Source of the DNA: Faecalimonas sp.
GTDB taxonomy: Bacteria > Bacillota > Clostridia > Lachnospirales > Lachnospiraceae
DNA: 64,000 nt
Reading direction: 5' to 3'
NCBI GenBank assembly: GCA_036311625.1
Contig: JAXJPN010000085.1
Location: 1,710 to 65,709, forward strand
Shown: one piece after another, positions 1 to 8,613 of the stretch
How positions within the stretch are numbered: position 1 is the stretch's first letter
How the letters are laid out: the number at the start of each line of letters is the position of its first letter
Notes under the pieces: model-generated
Seen by the model: the letters and a program-made list of their open reading frames with translations, nothing else
Database searches by the model: none
What the model was told of the DNA's origin: nothing
Made by a program: the position numbers and the translations under genes

Positions 1-2
1 TG

Positions 3-155
3 GAAAAAGAGGAGAGACAATTGATTTATTTGCGCTATTTTGCAAATAAGACGCAGTCGCAGGTTGGACAAGAACTTGGGATTTCACAGGTGCAGGTGTC
101 GCGCATGGAGAAGAAAGTGCTAAAACGTATGCGCGAGCAACTTTGTCTTGCATAA
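3..155 (+). CDS. sigF: Sporulation sigma factor F, 3' end (partial)
   Basis: Translates as ...ERQLIYLRYFANKTQSQVGQELGISQVQVSRMEKKVLKRMR*, a sigma region-4 HTH of the SigF/SigG type, directly upstream of spoVA. Confidence 0.85.
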   Translation, partial: EKEERQLIYLRYFANKTQSQVGQELGISQVQVSRMEKKVLKRMREQLCLA

Positions 156-179
156 ATTGGCGTTTTTGGAAGCATACTA
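150..179 (+). promoter_or_regulatory. Putative forespore (SigG-type) promoter for spoVA
   Basis: GCATA (150-154)-N18-CATACTA (173-179) matches the SigG consensus. Confidence 0.6.
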
Positions 180-203
180 GCTACAGATGAGGAGGTTGAT
201 AGA

Positions 204-350
204 ATGGAAAAGGCAAAGAAGAGAATCCGATTCTGTCTGTTGTTTGTGGTACTTGCAGCAGTCGTGGTCGGAATTTTGTATTATTACGGGCAGCTGATGG
301 AGCAGTCGTCTGTGAATGAGGGGACGCTGGTATGTCTGCTGAACAAGTGA
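204..350 (+). CDS. Small 48-aa single-pass membrane protein (not in ORF track)
   Basis: RBS GAGGAGG; MEKAKKRIRFCLLFVVLAAVVVGILYYYGQ...; overlaps the spoVAA start. Confidence 0.7.
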   Translation: MEKAKKRIRFCLLFVVLAAVVVGILYYYGQLMEQSSVNEGTLVCLLNK

Positions 351-997
351 CTTTGTATTTGAAGACAGACCAGAATGTGGAAGTGCAGGCACGCGATGTG
401 ACTTTGGGGGATATTGTGTCTATGGAGTGCACCAATCCGCATGTGGTAGCACGACTTAAGTCGGTAAGGATTTTGCGGGTGCCACAGGAGGGGAAGCATC
501 GCTATGTGATTTCGATTCTGCGAGTGATTGAGAAGATGCATGAGCTGTACCCGAAGCTGGAGATTCAGCACATCGGAAGTCCGGATATGATTGTGACTTA
601 TGAGCCGGCACAAAAGAAGGTACAGATTTTGGAGTGGACGAAAATAACGGTGGCGCTTACGATTACTTTTATCGGTTCGGCATTTTCGATTATGGCGTTT
701 AATAACGACGTTGATGTACCTCGACTGTTCTCGCAATTTTATGAGCAGGTAATGGGCAGAGAGAAGACGGGGTTTACTGTTCTAGAGGCCACGTATTCCA
801 TCGGAATCTTGCTTGGTATTCTGATTTTCTTTAATCATTTTGGCAAGAAACGGTTTTCGGTAGATCCGACGCCGATTGAGGTAGAGATGCGGCTTTACGA
901 GAATGACATTCAGACCACCATCATTCAAAATTATGCGAGAGAGGAGCAGGAGTTGGATGTGGGCAAAGGAAGTGCTACTGGCAATCATCGGTCTTAG
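332..997 (+). CDS. spoVAA: Stage V sporulation protein AA
   Basis: FIGSAFSIMAFNNDV and FFNHFGKKRFSVDPTPIEVEM motifs; position after sigF. Confidence 0.9.
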   Translation: MSAEQVTLYLKTDQNVEVQARDVTLGDIVSMECTNPHVVARLKSVRILRVPQEGKHRYVISILRVIEKMHELYPKLEIQHIGSPDMIVTYEPAQKKVQILEWTKITVALTITFIGSAFSIMAFNNDVDVPRLFSQFYEQVMGREKTGFTVLEATYSIGILLGILIFFNHFGKKRFSVDPTPIEVEMRLYENDIQTTIIQNYAREEQELDVGKGSATGNHRS

Positions 998-1373
998 CTC
1001 GGGGGCGATTGTGGCCGGCGGGCTTTTTTCGTTTGTTGTGAGTTTGGGTGTTGTGTCAGATTTTGCGGACCGCACGCACACCGGCAACAAGATTTTGAGC
1101 TATGAGAATGCAATTATACTGGGAGGTTCTCTCGGAAATTTGTTTTGGATTTATGAACTGCAGTTTCAAAGGGCAACTTGGATGCTGGCGGTCTTTGGCT
1201 TATTTGCCGGTCTTTTTGTAGGCTGTTGGTCGATGGCATTGGCGGAGGTTTTGAACGTATTCCCGATTTTTATGCGCCGTGCAAAGCTGGTGCGGGGGAT
1301 ACCGTATTTGATTTTAAGTGTTGCGATTGGGAAAGGCTTGGGAGCCTTCTTGTTCTTTTGGAATGGATGGTAG
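957..1373 (+). CDS. spoVAB: Stage V sporulation protein AB
   Basis: Hydrophobic protein with GLFVGCWSMALAEVLNVFPI; ATG at 957 after GGAG. Confidence 0.9.
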   Translation: MWAKEVLLAIIGLSSGAIVAGGLFSFVVSLGVVSDFADRTHTGNKILSYENAIILGGSLGNLFWIYELQFQRATWMLAVFGLFAGLFVGCWSMALAEVLNVFPIFMRRAKLVRGIPYLILSVAIGKGLGAFLFFWNGW

Positions 1374-1386
1374 AAAGAGGAAGAGT

Positions 1387-1833
1387 ATGGAGAATTTGAA
1401 TCAAGAAAATTATAAGGATTATGTGAAGGGGAAGACGCCGACGCCGAATCTTCCTTTGAATATGTTAAAGGCGTTTTTGCTTGGAGGTGCAATCTGTGTG
1501 CTGGGACAGGCACTTTTAAATACTTGTGACAGTATGGGGATGAACAAGGAGACGGCGGGTTCTTGGACCTCGCTGATTTTGGTGCTGCTCAGTGTGATAC
1601 TGACCGGTTTGAATGTGTATCCGAAGTTTGCACAGTATTGTGGCGCGGGTGCGTTGGTGCCGATTACGGGATTTGCAAATTCGGTTGCAGCGCCGGCGAT
1701 TGAGTATAAGAAAGAGGGGCAGGTCTTTGGTATCGGGTGTAAGATATTTACGATAGCAGGACCGGTGATTCTGTTTGGAATTGTGACGAGCTGGGCGCTG
1801 GGGCTGGTGTATTGGGTGGCAGAGAAATTTTGA
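1387..1833 (+). CDS. spoVAC: Stage V sporulation protein AC
   Basis: AFLLGGAICVLGQ, GAGALVPITGFANSV and KIFTIAGPVI motifs. Confidence 0.92.
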   Translation: MENLNQENYKDYVKGKTPTPNLPLNMLKAFLLGGAICVLGQALLNTCDSMGMNKETAGSWTSLILVLLSVILTGLNVYPKFAQYCGAGALVPITGFANSVAAPAIEYKKEGQVFGIGCKIFTIAGPVILFGIVTSWALGLVYWVAEKF

Positions 1834-1869
1834 TGAGGTTGCGGTGCAGCGAAGTTTTATGGTGCAGAG

Positions 1870-1897
1870 AGGTATATCATCGGTCGGTGGTATACCT
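1870..1897 (+). terminator. Probable terminator after spoVAC
   Basis: AGGTATATCATC/GGTGGTATACCT hairpin followed by T-rich sequence. Confidence 0.5.
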
Positions 1898-1917
1898 TAT
1901 TTGGTTTTAGGATAAAC

Positions 1918-2028
1918 GCGCATAATCAAAAAATAATATTATATAATACTTGCGTATAATCAAAAGAGATGCTATAATGTGCGCATAATCAAAAAAACGA
2001 GTAGTTCAATATATGCGCATGATTAAAG
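1918..2028 (+). repeat. Four 14-bp direct repeats (GCGCATAATCAAAA) over a sigma-A promoter
   Basis: Copies at 1918, 1952, 1981 and 2015 (spacing 34/29/34); TTGCGT(1950)-N17-TATAAT(1973) overlaps copy 2. Confidence 0.85.
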
Positions 2029-2036
2029 GGGTAGTT

Positions 2037-3395
2037 ATGGAATTAAAGAGAAAAGTATATAACAAACTTTTAAATTGGAAAAATGAATGTCAAGGCAAAA
2101 AGGCATTGTTGATTGAAGGCGCAAGACGCATAGGCAAGTCTACAATTTGTGAACAATTTGGAAAAAATGAATATGAAAGTTATATTCTGATAGACTTTGC
2201 AAAAAAAGATAAAGAGGTTGAAGCGTATTTTGAAAAATATCTGAATGATTTGGATACTTTTTTTATGCTTTTACAGACTCATTTTGGAAAAAAATTGACG
2301 ATAAGAAAATCGCTTATTATCTTTGATGAGGTGCAAATGTTTCCGCAAGCAAGGGCAGCAATCAAATATTTGGTTGCAGATGGCAGGTACGATTATTTGG
2401 AAACAGGTTCTTTGATTTCTATCAGGGAAAATGTAAAGGATATTGTGATTCCGTCAGAGGAACGCAGTATCTGTATGTATCCGCTGGATTTTGAAGAGTT
2501 TGCAGAGGCACTTGGAGAAGAACTGTTAATAAAATACATCAAGGAATGCTTCGAAAAAAGAGAACCTTTGGAGAGAAGTATGCATAATCGAGCAATGTTA
2601 CTGTTTCAGCAATATATGTTGGTTGGCGGCATGCCAAAGCCTGTAGTATTGTTTGTTGAAAATAAGAAAGATTTTACTGAGGCTGATAGAGAAAAAAGGG
2701 ATATCTTGAAACTGTACCGCGAGGATATCATGAAGATAAAATCACAGTACAGAAGTAAAGTATTATCTATTTATGACCAAATTCCGGGATTCCTTTCAAA
2801 ACATGAAAAAAGAGTGGTCTTTAAACAGGTGCAGGAAGGGTCTTATGCGGAACAGTACGAGGAAACCTTCTTCTGGTTGTCTGATTCCATGATATCCAAT
2901 GAATGCTTTCTATGTAATGACCCCAATGTGGGTCTCTCTTTTAACGAGACTAGAAGTTATGTGAAATGTTATATGGGGGATACGGGACTGTTAGTGAGTC
3001 ATGCATTTGACGAAAATGAATTGTTGGAAGATGAAGTGTATAAACAGATTATCTCTGGAAAGCTACATATCAATGAAGGTATGTTATATGAGAATGTTAT
3101 TGCACAGATGTTGGTTGCAAATGGTCATAAGCTTTATTTTTACAATCATTATAATGAAGAAAAGCATCGAAATGATATGGAAATAGATTTCTTAATTTCA
3201 AATAATAGTAAATTAAAGTATAAACTTTATCCAATAGAAGTGAAATCGGGGAAGAAATACTCAACAAATTCGTTGGATACATTTAGGGGAAAATATAGGC
3301 AGCGTATAGGAGAAAGTTATATTATACATCCTAAGAATTTGAGTGTTAAGGAGGGCATTGTTTGCATTCCTCCTTATATGACGATGATGTTATAG
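2037..3395 (+). CDS. AAA+ ATPase (AAA_14) with C-terminal DUF4143/PD-(D/E)xK domain
   Basis: Walker A GARRIGKS, Walker B IIFDEVQ, GGMP, EIDFL...PIEVKS; AT-richer than flanks; alternative start at 2013. Confidence 0.88.
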   Translation: MELKRKVYNKLLNWKNECQGKKALLIEGARRIGKSTICEQFGKNEYESYILIDFAKKDKEVEAYFEKYLNDLDTFFMLLQTHFGKKLTIRKSLIIFDEVQMFPQARAAIKYLVADGRYDYLETGSLISIRENVKDIVIPSEERSICMYPLDFEEFAEALGEELLIKYIKECFEKREPLERSMHNRAMLLFQQYMLVGGMPKPVVLFVENKKDFTEADREKRDILKLYREDIMKIKSQYRSKVLSIYDQIPGFLSKHEKRVVFKQVQEGSYAEQYEETFFWLSDSMISNECFLCNDPNVGLSFNETRSYVKCYMGDTGLLVSHAFDENELLEDEVYKQIISGKLHINEGMLYENVIAQMLVANGHKLYFYNHYNEEKHRNDMEIDFLISNNSKLKYKLYPIEVKSGKKYSTNSLDTFRGKYRQRIGESYIIHPKNLSVKEGIVCIPPYMTMML

Positions 3396-3453
3396 GGGTG
3401 TGGAAGGATGAAATGAGAACACTGTTCAATACCAAAAGAAATGAGGAGTTACG

Positions 3454-3717
3454 ATGTTTCGCTTATGGGGAAAGATTTGGAAAGAGAACCGGCTACTAAG
3501 GGACACGGTTGTGTGTGATGATTCTGCGGAGACGAGAACGCATAAAGTGTTTCAGGCTCTGGAGGCAGTTTGTTATGAATTTGATTTAAGCAAGCCTATC
3601 TGGCTGGAGCCGAATGTGGAGGAGTTTCGCAAGCGTGATAAGACGCGCTTTACACAGGATAATTTTATTGATGGAATCGAATTTGATTATTTGGAGATTC
3701 AAGTGATAGAAGAATAG
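3454..3717 (+). CDS. Conserved hypothetical protein
   Basis: Good RBS (GAGGAG), 87 aa, host-like composition. Confidence 0.75.
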   Translation: MFRLWGKIWKENRLLRDTVVCDDSAETRTHKVFQALEAVCYEFDLSKPIWLEPNVEEFRKRDKTRFTQDNFIDGIEFDYLEIQVIEE

Positions 3718-3733
3718 GATGGGAGAATGCGAT

Positions 3734-4681
3734 ATGTTTGATGTAGCAAGCTTGGGGGAAATCTTGATTGATTTTACACCTTGTGGCAAGTCACAAGCCG
3801 GACAGAGAATTTTTGAACAGAATCCGGGAGGTGCCCCTGCAAATGTATTGGCATGCCTTAGTAAATGCGGAAAGAAAACTGCATTTATCGGGAAGGTCGG
3901 CAAGGATATGCACGGCGCATTTTTAAAGGAGACGCTGGAGCAAAACAACATTTCTACAGAAGGACTTGTGGAAGATGAGCATGTATTTACGACCTTAGCA
4001 TTTGTTGCACTTTCTGATTGTGGAGAACGCAGCTTCTCCTTTGCGAGAAAACCGGGTGCAGACACCTGTCTGGAAGAGACAGAGCTCAATCGTGAGGTGA
4101 TTCAGAACAGCAGGGTATTCCATATCGGTTCCTTGTCATTGACTGCGGAGCCATCGCGGAGCACAACGATGACAGCTTTGGAAATTGCAAAGGATGCCGG
4201 CTGTATCATTTCTTATGACCCAAATTACAGGGCGGCACTCTGGGACAGCAAAGAGGATGCAATCAACGGTATGCGCTCTGTTATTTCTTATGTGGATGTT
4301 ATGAAAATTTCGGATGAGGAGACGGCGCTTTTGACGGACATTGCGGAGCCTCAGGCCGCAGCAGAGAAGCTGGTAGCGATGGGCGTGCCGCTTGTGGCAG
4401 TGACGCTAGGCGCTGACGGTGCGTTGGTATGCACCAAAGAGGGCAGTCGGGTTATTCCGGGCTTTCAGGCAAATATGGTAGATACAACCGGTGCCGGAGA
4501 TTCTTTCTGGGGCGGCTTTTTGAATCAGCTATTAGAGCTTGGGAAGAAGCCGGATGAGGTGAGCTTGGCGGAAGCGGCAGAGTTTGCGAGATTTGGTAAT
4601 GCTGTGGCAAGTCTTTGCGTGGAAAAGCGAGGTGCGATTCCGGCAATGCCGAGTATGGAAAGTATCAGAGAGAGAATGTGA
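3734..4681 (+). CDS. PfkB-family carbohydrate kinase (fructokinase-like)
   Basis: GGAPANV and DTTGAGDSFWGG PfkB signatures. Confidence 0.92.
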   Translation: MFDVASLGEILIDFTPCGKSQAGQRIFEQNPGGAPANVLACLSKCGKKTAFIGKVGKDMHGAFLKETLEQNNISTEGLVEDEHVFTTLAFVALSDCGERSFSFARKPGADTCLEETELNREVIQNSRVFHIGSLSLTAEPSRSTTMTALEIAKDAGCIISYDPNYRAALWDSKEDAINGMRSVISYVDVMKISDEETALLTDIAEPQAAAEKLVAMGVPLVAVTLGADGALVCTKEGSRVIPGFQANMVDTTGAGDSFWGGFLNQLLELGKKPDEVSLAEAAEFARFGNAVASLCVEKRGAIPAMPSMESIRERM

Positions 4682-4695
4682 ACAAATTGTGTTTT

Positions 4696-4728
4696 GGGAC
4701 GTAGTAAAATTGCATTTTACTACGTCCC
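4696..4728. terminator. Bidirectional terminator between convergent pfkB and spoVAE
   Basis: Perfect 15-bp inverted repeat GGGACGTAGTAAAAT/ATTTTACTACGTCCC. Confidence 0.75.
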
Positions 4729-4756
4729 GTTTTGCGTTTAGGGGTGTCCCGTTTTG

Positions 4757-5113
4757 TTATTTTTTCATCTTTGGATTAAAAATCAGGGAAGCTAAATAGC
4801 CGAAGATGAGTGCGGCTGAGATTCCTACGGCGCTGGCCTTAAAGCCGCCGATGAAGATGCCGAGAAAGCCTTCTTTGTCAACCGCTTCTTTGACGCCTTT
4901 CCAGAGCAGGTTTCCGAAGCCGAGCAGTGGTACGCTGGCGCCGGCACCTGCGAACTTCTGGATGGGGTCGTAAATGCCCAAGAAGCCGAGAACAGCACCA
5001 CTGCAAACCAGCAGCACCATAATTCTTCCGGGCATCAGTTTTGTGCGGTCCAGAAGAATCTGTACAATGGCGCAAATCAGACCGCCCACCCAAAATGCAT
5101 TGATATAGTCCAT
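4757..5113 (-). CDS. spoVAE: Stage V sporulation protein AE
   Basis: AFWVGGLICAIVQ and FAGAGASVPLLGFG motifs. Confidence 0.92.
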   Translation of the reverse strand: MDYINAFWVGGLICAIVQILLDRTKLMPGRIMVLLVCSGAVLGFLGIYDPIQKFAGAGASVPLLGFGNLLWKGVKEAVDKEGFLGIFIGGFKASAVGISAALIFGYLASLIFNPKMKK

Positions 5114-5125
5114 ATTCTTTTCCTC

Positions 5126-6139
5126 CTAACAGTGTTCTAACACGATGCCGTGTGCGATTCCGGGAACGCTCTGTCCTTCGTTGTAGCTGACTGTTGACAT
5201 GAGTGCGCCGGTTGGCACAAACAGTACGCGTTTCCATTCGCCGCTTTCGATTTTCGGTAAAATGTAAGCGGACAATGTGACTGCCGCGCAGCCGCACCCG
5301 CTTCCGCCGGCGTTGGTCTGCTGGGTTTTTTGGTCGAAAATCAGCATACCGCAGTCTGCGTGGTTGGGCTTGATATCTTTCCCGTTCTTCCGCATCAGGT
5401 CAAAGAGTATGCTTTGTCCGACATAGCCTAAGTCTCCCGTGAAGATGTGGTCGTAGTCCATTTCTTTTCGCCCGAAATCTTCGAGATTTTGTAAGATGGT
5501 GTCGCAGGCTGCCGGTGCCATACAAGCGCCCATATTTTGCGAATCCTTGAGCCCATAATCGACAATTTTTCCGACGGTAATGCCTGTGATGCGCACGTGA
5601 CTTTTCTGGGTTCCGACCAGAAAGGCGCCACTTCCGGTTACTGTCCATTGAGAGGACAGTGGTCTTTGGTTTGCATAGCCAAGTGGGAAACGGAATTCTT
5701 TTTCTGCGCTTCCAAAATGGCTGGATGTGACGGCAAGCATACGCTCTCCGTACCCGGCCGCCACGCACATCGAGCTGAGTGCGAGCGCTTCGCCCGAAGT
5801 GGAACAGGCACCGAAGAGTCCGAATAAAGGGATTTGCAGTTTTTCGACTCCCATAGAGGTTGCTATTCCCTGTCGGAGCAGGTCGCCGCCGAATAAGTAA
5901 CGCACGGCATCCGGTTCTACACCGGCTTTTTGGAGTGCAATCAGACAGGCGTCGGTCTGCATTTTACTTTCTGCGGCCTCCCATGTATTTTCTCCGAATA
6001 AGTCATTTTCGTTCATGCGGTCAAACAGTGCACCGAGCGGTCCTTCTGCTTCTTTTTTTCCGACAATGGAACCGCTGCTGACAATGAAGGGTGCATGCTC
6101 GAATTGAATGCTCTGACTTCCTTTTATCATATTCATCAC
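5126..6139 (-). CDS. spoVAD: Stage V sporulation protein AD
   Basis: GDLLRQ, GLFGACST, SSHFGSAEKEFRFP, GGSGCGC and PGIAHG motifs. Confidence 0.95.
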   Translation of the reverse strand: MMNMIKGSQSIQFEHAPFIVSSGSIVGKKEAEGPLGALFDRMNENDLFGENTWEAAESKMQTDACLIALQKAGVEPDAVRYLFGGDLLRQGIATSMGVEKLQIPLFGLFGACSTSGEALALSSMCVAAGYGERMLAVTSSHFGSAEKEFRFPLGYANQRPLSSQWTVTGSGAFLVGTQKSHVRITGITVGKIVDYGLKDSQNMGACMAPAACDTILQNLEDFGRKEMDYDHIFTGDLGYVGQSILFDLMRKNGKDIKPNHADCGMLIFDQKTQQTNAGGSGCGCAAVTLSAYILPKIESGEWKRVLFVPTGALMSTVSYNEGQSVPGIAHGIVLEHC

Positions 6140-6239
6140 CTCAGAGAGTAGTCTTCGTATTTTCGAATTATTTTATACAATTTTGCAGCAGAATATGGTA
6201 TGATAAATATGTTATAGAAGTACAGTTAGGAGTTTTTGT

Positions 6240-6920
6240 ATGGAAAATGTAATTAAGACATACGTGGAGACGGACAATTGGGATACTTGTATGTTTTTGT
6301 ACAATGCGGCGTTGAAGGAAGTGAACACGAAGCTGGAGATTTTGAATGAAGAGTTCCAGCGGATTCATCGTTACAATCCGATTGAACATATCAAGACCCG
6401 TATTAAGAGTACGGACAGTATTCTGAAGAAGCTGCGGCGCAATGGACACGAGGCTACGATTGAGAATATGGTGAAGTATATCAATGACGTTGCAGGTGTG
6501 AGACTGATTTGTTCGTTTACTTCGGATATTTATCAGTTGGCAGAGATGATTGGAAATCAGAGCGATTTGCGTGTGCTTGCGATTAAGGATTATATTAAGA
6601 CACCGAAGGATAGTGGTTATAAGAGCTACCATATGTTGGTTGCAGTTCCGATTTTCTTGTCAGACAGTGTCGTGGAGACGAAGGTTGAGATTCAGATTCG
6701 TACGATTGCGATGGATTTTTGGGCGAGCTTGGAGCACAAGATTTATTATAAGTATGAGTGGGATGCGCCGGAACATATCAGCAAGGAGCTGAAGGAGTGT
6801 TCGGATATGATTTCGGCTTTGGACCAGAAGATGCTTTCGCTCAATACATATATTCAGACGATGCTGGAGGAAGAGCTCAGGAAGCATCCACCGGAGGAGA
6901 GGCCGGAAGGTTTTAAGTAG
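6240..6920 (+). CDS. Small alarmone synthetase (GTP pyrophosphokinase, RelP/RelQ family)
   Basis: RIKS, DVAGVRLIC, SGYKSYH and EIQIRTIAMDFWASLEH motifs. Confidence 0.92.
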   Translation: MENVIKTYVETDNWDTCMFLYNAALKEVNTKLEILNEEFQRIHRYNPIEHIKTRIKSTDSILKKLRRNGHEATIENMVKYINDVAGVRLICSFTSDIYQLAEMIGNQSDLRVLAIKDYIKTPKDSGYKSYHMLVAVPIFLSDSVVETKVEIQIRTIAMDFWASLEHKIYYKYEWDAPEHISKELKECSDMISALDQKMLSLNTYIQTMLEEELRKHPPEERPEGFK

Positions 6921-6929
6921 GGGGAAGTT

Positions 6930-7706
6930 ATGGAAGAGAAGGAAAAGAAGAATGCAAAGTGGAAAAAAGTTCTGTTTATTCTGAGCTTATTGCTCTTGTT
7001 ACTTGGATTGGGCTATTTGGTTTTCTATTTTGTGACGCGTGAGAAGAATCATGATATTTATGAGGAGATTCAGCCACAAAAGCCGGTGGAGAAGCCGGTC
7101 ACGGAGGAACCTGTAGAAGAGGAGCCGGTGGTGATTCCGATAGATTTTGTATCCTTGAAGGCGCAGAATGCGGACATTTATGCTTGGATTCAGATTCCGG
7201 ATACGAATGTGGATTATCCGATTGTACAGCACCCGACGGATGACAGCTATTATCTGGACCATACGATTGAACACGTGAAGGGATATCCGGGTTCGATTTA
7301 TACGGAGAGTGTGAGCAAGAAGGATTTTACAGATTTTAATACTTTGATTTATGGTCATGATATGAAGAATGGTACGATGTTTAAGCATCTGCACAAGTTT
7401 GAGAATGCGGACTTTTTTAATTCGCACGATACGGTGACGATTTACACGGAGACGGAGATTAAGACCTATCGCATCTATGCGGCGCTGGTGTACGACAACC
7501 GTCACATCGTGTATAGTTATGACCAGAGTACAGTGGAGGGACGGCAGGCATTTATCCAGTCTTTGCATAATCAGACGAGCTGGAAGAATCATTTTCGCGA
7601 GGGGATGACGATTGATGAGAACAGTAAGCTGATTACACTGAGCACCTGTATTGCAGGTCAGCCGGATAAGCGATATATTGTGGTAGCTGCTGAGGTGGAT
7701 TCGTAA
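6930..7706 (+). CDS. srtB: Class B sortase
   Basis: N-terminal TM anchor, AWIQIPDTNVDYP, IYGHDM, TLSTC...R. Confidence 0.88.
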   Translation: MEEKEKKNAKWKKVLFILSLLLLLLGLGYLVFYFVTREKNHDIYEEIQPQKPVEKPVTEEPVEEEPVVIPIDFVSLKAQNADIYAWIQIPDTNVDYPIVQHPTDDSYYLDHTIEHVKGYPGSIYTESVSKKDFTDFNTLIYGHDMKNGTMFKHLHKFENADFFNSHDTVTIYTETEIKTYRIYAALVYDNRHIVYSYDQSTVEGRQAFIQSLHNQTSWKNHFREGMTIDENSKLITLSTCIAGQPDKRYIVVAAEVDS

Positions 7707-7775
7707 GAATCTGCCTCTTCTTTTTTGTGTATAGTTGGCATACACTTATATGAAACCTCTTTGGATGGTGCAGAT

Positions 7776-8534
7776 ATGCGGGAAAAATTAGTGCGTAAGA
7801 TTACAATGCTGGCGGTGGTGGCAGTGCTTCTCGGAGCGATTGGAATGAGTGTGTCGGAAGCGGTCTCGGTGAGCAATACGGTGAATGGGCGGGAGCTGCC
7901 GATTTATTCGGTGGAGACGCCGGAGAAGAAGGTGGCGCTGTCGTTTGACGCGGCGTGGGGTAATGAAGATACGCAGGTGATTTTAGATACGCTTGCAAAG
8001 TACAATGTGCATGTAACTTTTTTTATGACGGGTGGCTGGGTTGAATCTTACCCGGAGGATGTAAAGAAGATTCAGGCAGCGGGACATGATTTGGGTAATC
8101 ACAGTGAGAATCACAAGAATATGAGCCAGTTAGATGACGCGCAGTGTCAGGATGAATTGATGAAGGTACATAATAAGGTAAAAGAATTGACAGGGGTGGA
8201 GATGAATCTGTTTCGGCCTCCTTATGGGGATTATGATAACCATGTAATTAAAAACGCAACCGGATGCGGGTATTATACGATACAGTGGAGTGTGGATTCT
8301 CTCGATTGGAAGGATTATGGCGTAGAGAGTATTATTAAGACGGTTACGGAGCATAAGAATCTCGGAAATGGAGCCATTATTTTGATGCACAATGGAGCAA
8401 AGTATACGCACGAGGCTTTGCCGACTGTCATTGAGAAGCTACAGGAGGCGGGGTATGAGATTGTGCCGATTTCGCAGTTGATTTATAAGGAGAATTATCA
8501 TTTGGATGTGACGGGTCGGCAAATTCCGAATTAG
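7776..8534 (+). CDS. pdaB: Polysaccharide deacetylase, PdaB-like
   Basis: LPIYSV, ALSFDAAWG, NHSENH, RPPYG and IILMHN NodB motifs. Confidence 0.85.
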   Translation: MREKLVRKITMLAVVAVLLGAIGMSVSEAVSVSNTVNGRELPIYSVETPEKKVALSFDAAWGNEDTQVILDTLAKYNVHVTFFMTGGWVESYPEDVKKIQAAGHDLGNHSENHKNMSQLDDAQCQDELMKVHNKVKELTGVEMNLFRPPYGDYDNHVIKNATGCGYYTIQWSVDSLDWKDYGVESIIKTVTEHKNLGNGAIILMHNGAKYTHEALPTVIEKLQEAGYEIVPISQLIYKENYHLDVTGRQIPN

Positions 8535-8554
8535 AAAAATATGTTAAAAAGCAC

Positions 8555-8594
8555 TTGCATTGTAGATATAAAAGTGATATCATTTTGATATCAC
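8555..8594 (+). promoter_or_regulatory. Sigma-A promoter with palindromic operator over the -10
   Basis: TTGCAT(8555)-N17-TATCAT(8578); palindrome GTGATATCA-TTT-TGATATCAC at 8574-8594. Confidence 0.7.
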
Positions 8595-8613
8595 AAATAG
8601 GAGGAAGTGTTTT

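Noticed and set aside
1918..2028. Upstream repeat arrays (also 20125-20219) as CRISPR arrays
   Set aside because: Repeats are only 14-15 bp, non-palindromic and 3-4 copies with short spacers, and no cas genes are present. They overlap promoters, so they are reported as operator-like arrays instead.
6930..7706. Sortase B as part of a pilus or Isd locus
   Set aside because: No adjacent sortase-substrate genes were recognised in the window.
6999..7745. Long antisense ORFs (e.g. 6999-7745, 9169-9933, 12934-13635, 45901-46677)
   Set aside because: They are shadows of well-supported genes on the opposite strand, with no motifs or RBS.
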